64,000 nt of DNA, from positions 70,680,001 to 70,744,000 of the forward strand of contig NC_045705.1 in the NCBI RefSeq assembly GCF_009834535.1. Reading direction: 5' to 3'. The stretch is from Camelus ferus. Its lineage: Eukaryota. Shown here in pieces: positions 12,247 through 19,926 of this stretch. The stretch's first letter is position 1, and every line of letters begins with the position of its first letter. The notes under the pieces were generated by a model. It searched no databases. It saw only the letters and a list, made by a program, of their open reading frames with translations, and was not told the DNA's origin. The position numbers were made by a program, and so were the translations under genes.

Positions 12247-12943
12247 GCTTCTTTAAATTGAAGTGTATATGGTCAGTTTACAATACTGTGTCAATTTCTG
12301 GTGGACGGCATAATGCTTCAGTCATACATGAACATACATATAATCCTTTTCATATCCTTTTTCATTAAAGGTCACTGCAAGATATTGAATACAGTTCCCT
12401 GTGCTCTGCAGTAGAAACTTGCTGTTTATCTGGTTTATATACAATAGCGCCTGCATATCTCGAACACCTAATTTATCCTTTCCCACCGCCTGTTCCCCAT
12501 GGTAACCGTGAGTTTGCTTTCTATGTCCATGAGTCTGTTTCTGTNNNNNNNNNNNNNNNNNNNNNNNNNNNNNNNNNNNNNNNNNNNNNNNNNNNNNNNN
12601 NNNNNNNNNNNNNNNNNNNNNNNNNNNNNNNNNNNNNNNNNNNNNNNNNNNNNNNNNNNNNNNNNNNNNNNNNNNNNNNNNNNNNNNNNNNNNNNNNNNN
12701 NNNNNNNNNNNNNNNNNNNNNNNNNNNNNNNNNNNNNNNNNNNNNNNNNNNNNTCATCTGCCGATGGTTCCTTCCACATCTTGGCTATTGTATATAGTGC
12801 TGCTACAAACACTGGGGTGCAGGTGTCTTTTCAAATTATAGGTTTCTCCAGATATGTACCCAGGAGCGGGATTGCTGGATCACAGGGTAACTCTATTTTC
12901 AGTTTCTTAAGGAACCTCCATACTATCCTCCATAGTGGCTGCA
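12247..12943 (-). mobile_element. 5'-truncated L1 3' fragment inserted in the start of the ERVL 3' LTR, 9-bp TSD
   Basis: Minus [19 protein letters not shown] (L1 ORF2 C-terminus); TGATGGTCA duplicated at 12238-12246 and 12944-12952. Confidence 0.9.
12545..12753. other. N run (209 nt) inside L1
   Basis: Seen directly. Confidence 0.98.
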
Positions 12944-13406
12944 TGATGGTCAATTTTATGTGTCAACTGCACTGGGTCCTGGGGTGTCCCGAGTAAACTC
13001 TAGTTCTGGGTGTGTTGGAGGTGGGCTCTGGATGAGGTGAGGGTTAGCATCGGTGGGCTCAGTAAAACCAGTTTCCCTCCCCAGTGTGGGTGGGCCTCAC
13101 CCCGCTCTCTGAGGGTGTGACACAAGATGGAGGTGGGGGAGTTGGTCTCTTGTCTGCCTGCTGGAGCTGGGATGTCATCTCATCTTCTCTGGACCTTGGG
13201 CCAGGATTTACACCATCAGCTCCCAGAGTCTCAGGCCTCCAGACTCAGGCTGGACTCCCCCACTGAACAGGCTTTCCGGGTCTGCGGTGTGTAGACCGTC
13301 CGTTGATGGTGGGGCTTCCCAGCCTCTGTAATCACATGAGCCAGTTCCTCATAATGAATCTCTTTCTGTCCGTTCTGTCTGTCCCTCTGGAGAACCCCAA
13401 CTGGCC
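12944..13406 (+). mobile_element. MLT2-type 3' LTR of ERVL provirus
   Basis: tgatggtcaattttatgtgtcaac...ctggagctggga...cataatgaatctc...ctctggagaacccc matches the recalled MLT2 consensus. Confidence 0.88.
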
Positions 13407-14664
13407 ATCAGGGGGTCTGAACTTGACCCTCTGGAAGCACTTCATTCCCACCACTCCTGCCTCCCCCTGCAGCAGGATCCCAGAAGGCTCCAGCTCCCAC
13501 GTGACCGGGGCACATAGGTGTAATTCTTGCACAAGGGCTGCAGCTTGACCTGGGTGCTTGGAGAAGGTACCGGTCCAGCCCAGCTGGGCTCCCAGCCTCC
13601 AACCGGTGACCTGACTCAGGGAACACAATTAGGACGCCAGTGACAAAGGGCAGAGCCCCTGGACGGGGCGGGCAGGGAGGTGGACCATGGCCGTGGGCTG
13701 CTGTGGAGAGATACTCAGGGGCCCAGGCCAAGCCAGCTGGCAGTCGGCCCTGCTCGCCCCCACCCGGGCCTGGAGGTCGCCCGAGGGGGGCCTGGCCCTG
13801 CTTCCCCATGGGGGAGGCCCCAGAGGTCCAGACAGCTCCATCGCTCTGAGGAGGGGAACCCAGAGCCTCTCTGAAGAACAAGTTTTGGAACTTGTATGTC
13901 CCCAGGATGCCCCAAGTTTCCGGGGCTCTGCACCCCAGTCCCATGGAGCCTGAGGTGGTTTCAGAGTTGCCGAGCGTTCAGCCTGGGTCACCCCCAGAGC
14001 AGGGGCTGGCCTGCCTCCAATGGGCAGCAGAAAGGGGCCTCGGGGACAGCCAGCCACATTGTGATCACCTCTTGACCTTCCATGCTGGACGTGAGGTCCC
14101 CTTAGCGAAGATGCGCCACTCGCTGGGCACAGGCGGTGTTCTGTGGACACTGAGAGAGAGAAGGGCACATTTCCACCCATGCAGAGCCCTGTGGTGGACG
14201 CCCCAGGTGTGACAAGTGACATGCTGTTGAAGCACAGAGCGGAGTGGTCAGGGCTGGGTCCCAGGGGACCCGGCATCAAAGCTGAGGACGAGGAGGCCAG
14301 CAGGGCAGCAGAGTGGGGTTTGGGCTCAATCCTGGGGGCCAGGCATGAGCTGACTCGCGTCGGTAACGTCCCTTCTGCTTTGGGGGGGGGCAAAGCTGGA
14401 ACTCAGGAGATGGGGCGGGGCCAGAGGCAGCACCCAAGGGCAAGATAGGTAACCCGGCTGAGAAGTGGCAGGACCAGCGGACACAGTGGAGGAGGGTGAA
14501 GAGAGGCAGTGCCCATATTGACTGAGTGATGGCTGGGCTGGGTGGTTGCCTCTGAGGGGACCCAGGGCTCAGGGAAAAGGAGGACAGCTCAGCCCTCAGA
14601 GAGTTGCATTTGATGAGTCGAGGATGGCCATGTTTAAGTGGCTAAAAAAATTAAAATTCACACC

Positions 14665-15350
14665 CACTAGCTATTACCAAGACATAAAAAATACTGGGAA
14701 ATGACAAGTGCTCGTGAGGGCATGGAGAAACTGGAACCCTTGTTCACTGTGGGTGGACACATAAAACGGTGCAGCCACCGAGGACCACAGTTTGGCGGGC
14801 CCTTCAGAAACCTAAACATGGAATCGCCGTGTGGTCCAGCAATTCCACTTCTGGGGGTGCCCCCCCCAAAAGAATTAAAAGTGGGGACCCGAATAGCTAC
14901 TTGCACACCCGTGTTCACAGCAGCATCATTCACAGCAGATGAAGGGGGAAGCCACCCGAGTGTCCATCAGTGATGAACAGGCGAAATGTGGTCCCACCAC
15001 ACAGTGGAGTAGAACGTGGCCTTGACGGGGAGTGAAGCGCTGGCCCGGCGGCAGCAGGATGAGCCCTGGGGACGTGTACTCAGGGAGATAAGCCAGACGC
15101 AGGAGGACACTCACAGGAGGCCCCTGGAGGAGTCACTGGAGTCACTCATAGGGGGACGTGTACTCAGGGAGATAAGCCAGACGCAGGAGGACACTCACAG
15201 GAGGCCCCTGGAGGAGTCACTGGAGTCACTCATAGGGGGGCGTGTACTCAGGGAGATAAGCCAGACGCAGGAGGACACTCACAGGAGGCCCCTGGAGGAG
15301 TCACTCAGAGACAGACAGCAGGATGGTGGGGACCAGGGGCAGGGGGAGGG
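14665..15350 (+). mobile_element. L1MB-like ORF2 C-terminus and 3' UTR (sense)
   Basis: ORF 14701-14973 PAIPLLGVPPPKELKVGT...TCTPVFTAASFT resembles L1 ORF2 PAIPLLGIYPKE...CTPMFIAALFT. Confidence 0.85.
15068..15307. repeat. 84-bp minisatellite, about 2.8 near-identical copies
   Basis: Unit gacgtgtactcagggagataagccagacgcaggaggacactcacaggaggcccctggaggagtcactggagtcactcatagggg starts at 15071, 15155 and 15239; one visible substitution. Confidence 0.95.
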
Positions 15351-15484
15351 GCAAAGTTTGCTGGCCCCTGCCCTAGAGATCAGGGGTGGAGACTCAACAG
15401 TGGGCAGAGCCTCGAGCGGGTGGGCCAGCTCAGGGCGGTGCCAGGGGAGGGCAGGGCCTTGACAAGGCAGCTGGCTTATAATTT

Positions 15485-15635
15485 AAACTTTCCCAGCAGC
15501 TTTACTGGGACATGATCTCCACACCACACCGTCTGTCCATTTCCATCAAGTGGCTTTCAGGACGTTCACAGAGCTGTGCAGCCTTCACCACAGTCAACTT
15601 CACAGACTTTTCATCATCTCAAAAAGAAACCTTGA
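15485..15635 (-). mobile_element. L1MB-like 3' end fragment
   Basis: cagctttactgggacatga...ttcacagagctgtgcagccttcaccacagtcaac...ttttcatcatctcaaaaagaaacc. Confidence 0.7.
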
Positions 15636-15739
15636 ATCCTTTGGGTTCTGCTGTCTCAATCCGAGAGCCCAGCTGTGAAGGAGTGTAGGATGGGGACCAT
15701 GTGGGGAGCCAGACCCGGCCCGCCAGCCGGCCACGGTCC

Positions 15740-15892
15740 CCCCAGCTGGCCCCCAGCTGAACGCAGCAGCCCCAGTGAGCCGGATCAAACCAGCAGAGAC
15801 CCCACCCACCGACCCACAGACGCCTGAGAAATAAGCCATCGTTCAAGACACTGGAACCCAGGTACTCTGCTCCGAGGCAATTGATAACTGAG
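15740..15892 (+). mobile_element. MLT1-like LTR 3' portion
   Basis: gacccacagacgcctgagaaataa...gcaattgataactga resembles a MaLR LTR terminus. Confidence 0.5.
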
Positions 15893-16612
15893 GGTGTCCA
15901 GGACTTGGAGGTCCAGCAGAAGTCCAGGCAGGGTCCTGTTGGCAGGACTCCGGGATTTTTCCTGGCACCCCTGGCACGGCCAGGGTAAGGAGGATAGGCA
16001 AATCCATATCTGGCGGGGGTTTGCCAAATAACCCTCCAAGAAGGAGGCGGGGGCGGGCTCTGACCACAGAGAGGATGCAGAGGTGTGCCAGGTCTTCCGC
16101 CCTGGGTGGGGAAGGAGGCGGGGCCGCCTGGACTCAGCCAGGGGCTGGATTCCTACCTGGATTGCTCCACTGGCCAGAGGTGTGACTGTGGACACATTCC
16201 ATGTCCTTTCTGAGCCAGCTTCCTCCTAAGACAAATGGGGCCCCACACCCACCTGGCTCCAGGAGGGTGCTGGCCTCCGGGTCACTTCCCAAAGCAGGAA
16301 AGCCCAGCAGACTTGCTGGGAGAATCCTGCCGGTAACAGGAGCCAGTGGGCACCATGAGGCGTGCAGTAAATATCGTCGTGTGCCCTGTGGACTCCTTGG
16401 GGCGGGGCTGTGGGCCTCCCCCCACCCAGAACAGGAAGTTGGCTCCAGGCATCTGGGTCCGCCCCTCTCCCCGCCATTCCCAGAGGTCCTGGCCCAGGAG
16501 AGTCCCGTCACCTTTCGGGAAAAACCTGCTGGGTATGGCCTCCTGAGGGCACAACCACTTGGCTGGCCTCCCCAGGCCGCGAGGTAGGACAAAACTCTCC
16601 CATTAACAAGCT

Positions 16613-16622
16613 ATCAAAGTCC
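16613..16622. promoter_or_regulatory. TCF/LEF site ATCAAAG overlapping an HNF4-like CAAAGTCC
   Basis: ctATCAAAGTCCc seen about 1.55 kb upstream of the ASCL2 ATG; ASCL2 is an established Wnt/TCF target. Confidence 0.45.
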
Positions 16623-16883
16623 CTGTCCCCTCAGACCCCGAAATGTACCCCCATGGGCCAGGGAGAAACTCTTGACGCCCCAGCGCCCCTGGGACCCCGC
16701 AACCTTCCCTAACCTGTCAGTCTCACTGCGGGGGCAGGGGTGGTGGTGGGCGGCTGGGGCTGGAGGGATGGCTCTGAGGAAGAAGTGCCATGGAAGCGGA
16801 CAGGCACCGACGCGTGAGCGGGAGGGACCGGGACCAGGAAGCGAGGAAGATTTGGGGGGAATCTGGAAAACTGAGGAAGCCGC

Positions 16884-16933
16884 GGGGGGGGGAGGGGCAG
16901 GGCAGGGGGGAGGGGCAGGGCAGAGGGGAGGGG
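16884..16933 (+). other. G-run cluster, potential G-quadruplex
   Basis: ggggggggg-a-gggg-ca-ggg-ca-gggggg-a-gggg-ca-ggg-caga-gggg-a-gggg: eight G-tracts with short loops. Confidence 0.7.
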
Positions 16934-17159
16934 AAGGCTGACCGCTGTCGGGGTCTGAAGCGGTCGGTCGGTGCAAACCTCCAGGGCCTCTGCTTCAAGG
17001 CTCCCCAAGGCCCCTGGCGCACAGACACCGCAGGCAGAGTGTGCGTGGGGGGATGGGGGAGAGCGCCCCAGGAAGCTGATCCCCCCAAACGTGCCCCGTC
17101 TCCATCATTTCTCAAGTCCTGCCCTGTCCGGAGGGGCTCCGTCGCCCTCTCGCAAGCCC

Positions 17160-17415
17160 CGTGGAGTAATAAACAGGTGGACGCCCGGCCAGGAACAGGT
17201 GTGCGTGGGAGTGCGCGCCCACCCTGCTCGCCGGGACGGGGCCAGCGAGGGCAGAGCTTTGTTACAGACGCTCCTGAGAGCCACGCGCCGGGCGTGCACG
17301 CTTCCTCCCGGGGGCCGGGCGGGAGGCCGCGCCCGCTGTGATTGGCAGAACGGGCTGCCCGCCATTGGCTGCGACCCCGGCCGCCTCCACGCCCCTCGGC
17401 CGCAGGGGGCGGGGC
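17160..17415 (+). promoter_or_regulatory. ASCL2 upstream promoter motif cluster
   Basis: GTAATAAA (17166), E-boxes CAGGTG (17174, 17196), CTTTGTT (17257), two inverted CCAAT boxes (ATTGG at about 17341 and 17364), GC box GGGGCGGGG (about 17407). Confidence 0.65.
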
Positions 17416-17860
17416 GCGGGGGGGCCGGCGGCTCGGCGCGTGCTGCCCCCGGGGGTCTCACGCGCCTCCCAGACCGCAGCGCCATGGCTCTGGACACGCC
17501 CTAACGCCAAAGGCGCGGGCTGCGCGTGTGGACTGCTGCCGGCTCCCGGGACTTGCGGGCTGCGCCCGGGGCTGGGGTGGGGTACAAGACAGTTGCACCT
17601 AGGACCTGTGGGCGTGCTCGGGCGGCGGGGCCGGCGGGACCTGCGGACAGCAGCTTGAGGGGTGCGCACACGGGATCTGCGTACTGCATCTTGGGGGGCG
17701 CACTGGGCACCTGCGGGCTGTGGTGGGGGACGAAGGGGTCGTGATCAAGGCTTGGTCTTCGCAGGCTGTGTGCGCCAGGGGGAGCGTGAAGCGTGGCGGG
17801 AGGGCGAGGCAAGGGAAGGAGGGCGTGAGAAAGGAGGCGGCGGCGGCGCAGAGGAGGGTT

Positions 17861-17877
17861 ATCTATACATTTAAAAA
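17861..17877 (+). promoter_or_regulatory. TATA-like element of a proximal promoter
   Basis: atctatacatttaaaaa is a conspicuous AT-rich patch in the CpG island, about 300 nt upstream of the ATG. Confidence 0.5.
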
Positions 17878-17981
17878 CGAGCCGCCTGCGCTGAGCGGGG
17901 AAAACCTGGGGAGCGTCCGACAGCACGCGCGGGTCACGAGCGCCCCACGCTTCCCGGGGCGCACTGCCCGCCACCTCTCGG

Positions 17982-18004
17982 CTTCTGTGCCTCTCTGTCC
18001 ACAG
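17982..18004 (+). other. Candidate splice acceptor in the ASCL2 5' region
   Basis: cttctgtgcctctctgtccacAG: polypyrimidine tract followed by CAG. No strong matching donor identified. Confidence 0.45.
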
Positions 18005-18171
18005 GCCCCAGACGACCTGGGACCACGAACCCTAGGGATTCGCTGGGCGGCGCAGTGCCAGAGCGTCGTAGAGGCTTGAACGTCGTTCCTACGCCCCAGG
18101 TTCCTCGCCCCGCAACTTTCTGCGGCGCACGGGGACTCGGAGGAAGCGCCGGGCGAGTGGATGCGGGCGCG

Positions 18172-18753
18172 ATGGACAGCGGCGCGCTGCCCCGGACCGC
18201 GCCCCCAGCGCCTGGCGTCTCGGGCTGCTGTCCCGCTCGGCGGCGACCAGACTCCCCAGAGCTGCTGCGCTGCAGCCGGCGGCGGCGGCCAGGCGCGATA
18301 GAGACCGGGAGTGGCGCGGCGGCCGTGGCGCGGCGCAACGAGCGCGAGCGCAACCGCGTGAAGCTGGTGAACTTGGGGTTCCAGGCGCTGCGGCAGCACG
18401 TGCCTCACGGAGGCACCAGCAAGAAGCTGAGCAAAGTGGAGACGCTGCGCTCGGCTGTGGAGTACATCCGCGCGCTGCAGCGCCTGCTGGCCGAGCACGA
18501 TGCTGTGCGCGCCGCGCTGGCGGAGGGGCTGCTGGCGCCAGCCGCGCGCCACCCCCTGCCCCGCGGGCCCGCCGGAACCCCCGCCGCTGCCACCTCGTCT
18601 TCCTGCGCCTCGTCGTCTCCTGGCCGCGGGCGCAGCTCGGAGCCCGGATCCCCGCGCTCCGCCTACTCATCGGACGACAGCAGCTGTGAGGGCGCTCTGA
18701 GCCCTGCGGAGCGCGAGCTGCTCGACTTCTCCAGCTGGTTAGGGGGCTACTGA
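18172..18753 (+). CDS. ASCL2: Achaete-scute family bHLH transcription factor 2 (193 aa, single coding exon)
   Basis: MDSGALPR...[56 protein letters not shown]...[17 protein letters not shown]. The bHLH and C-terminus match recalled human ASCL2, and the length (193 aa) is the same. ATG context gcgATGg. Confidence 0.98.
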   Translation: MDSGALPRTAPPAPGVSGCCPARRRPDSPELLRCSRRRRPGAIETGSGAAAVARRNERERNRVKLVNLGFQALRQHVPHGGTSKKLSKVETLRSAVEYIRALQRLLAEHDAVRAALAEGLLAPAARHPLPRGPAGTPAAATSSSCASSSPGRGRSSEPGSPRSAYSSDDSSCEGALSPAERELLDFSSWLGGY

Positions 18754-18770
18754 GCGCTCCGCCTCGCGAG

Positions 18771-19368
18771 GTAAGCACCTACGGCGGGGAGGCTGGAGGG
18801 TCGGAGGCAGGGCGGCCCGGCGCGGTGGAACGGACGGTCCCGCAACTCGCTCCAGCGGAACCCAGTGCCAGGCCTCGGCGATGGCCTCGATTTCGCTCAC
18901 TTTTCATTTCCCCCAAAACTTTTCAAGCCTGTGCACGACCAGCGTTTGTTTGTCCGGGATTGCAAAACTTCCCCTCGCTGCTCCGGCGCCTAAGGGGGAG
19001 CGGGGAGATGGAGGGGGGCGGCCCTCGGGCGGGTGAGGCCCCAAGTGCGTGCGGATCCCCGGGCAGATTAGGGCGCTTGGAGGCGGAGTAACTTTGCATT
19101 GCAAATCGCGCGCCCGGCCCGGTGGCAGAAATGAGTCGGCGGGTGAGGAGACCTGACTCACTGCGGCCCAGAGCGCCGCCCCGCCCCGAGTCCTGGCTCG
19201 GGCCGCACACCAAAGCCGAGGCACCCACGGACCCGAGCTCCAAAATCAACCGAGCAAACGAAACTGCCGACTCCGCTTGTGGGAGGTGGAGAGCAGGGCC
19301 GGGCTCGGCGGGGTCTCCAGGGCTGGGTCCCGCACTAACACCAGTGCCTGTCATTCCTTCCCTCTCAG
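18771..19368 (+). other. ASCL2: ASCL2 3' UTR intron
   Basis: Donor gag|GTAAGC 17 nt after the stop; branch-point-like cactaac at 19333; acceptor tcattccttccctctcAG at 19368. Confidence 0.85.
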
Positions 19369-19738
19369 CGGCCCTACTGGGAGCCAGCGCATTGGACTGG
19401 TCCACGGCTCGGTCCCCGCCATCCCCGCGGGCCGAGCCACTGCCGAGCCGGGGATCCCGCCTGCGCATTCTGGCCGTCCAGCCCGACCAAGGACTAGTGT
19501 GGAAGCCGGTCTTCCTGATCTCATCCGGGTGGCAGCTTCCTTGGACCCCAGCCACCCTGCCCTGCCCCCAGAGGCCTTCCACCGGAGTGGGGATGCGCAG
19601 CAACACTCGGAGGTTTGAAGGGGAGAGAATTTTGTGAGGACACAGATAATCTGTTTTTACCCGTACACTTGAACTGCCTAGGGACATTGGCAATATGAAG
19701 AATTATTTTTGTACAAAGAATCCTTAGATTTGGAACAC

Positions 19739-19744
19739 AATAAA
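19739..19744 (+). terminator. Polyadenylation signal (proximal)
   Basis: AATAAA seen directly, with upstream TGTA in ttttTGTAcaaag. Confidence 0.55.
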
Positions 19745-19920
19745 GCTTGTCTACCCCCGCCCCACTCCCTCGTCCTGGAATTCTTGAACCTGGGCACGCT
19801 GCAGCCCTAGTGGGGGTGGGGGTCCCAGGGGGGTGTCCTCGGTGGGTGTCCTCTTGCAGCAAGGCCTGCTGGGGAGAGACCTGTGTCAGAAAACCTGTTT
19901 TAGGGAAGGTGGATTGTATA

Positions 19921-19926
19921 AATAAA
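19921..19926 (+). terminator. Polyadenylation signal (distal)
   Basis: tgtataAATAAAtcc followed by GT-rich sequence (gtggtgttggggtgt). Confidence 0.7.

Larger units (their letters stand above)
17100..19500. promoter_or_regulatory. ASCL2 CpG island
   Basis: Very high GC and CpG density spanning promoter, CDS and intron; boundaries estimated by eye. Confidence 0.9.

Noticed and set aside
15016-15462. 148-aa ORF with a triple 28-aa repeat
   Set aside because: It is the translation of the 84-bp VNTR inside L1, starts at GTG and has no gene structure.
17863-18778. Long antisense ORFs (229 aa) over ASCL2
   Set aside because: Shadow ORFs typical of very GC-rich coding DNA; no recognisable domain.
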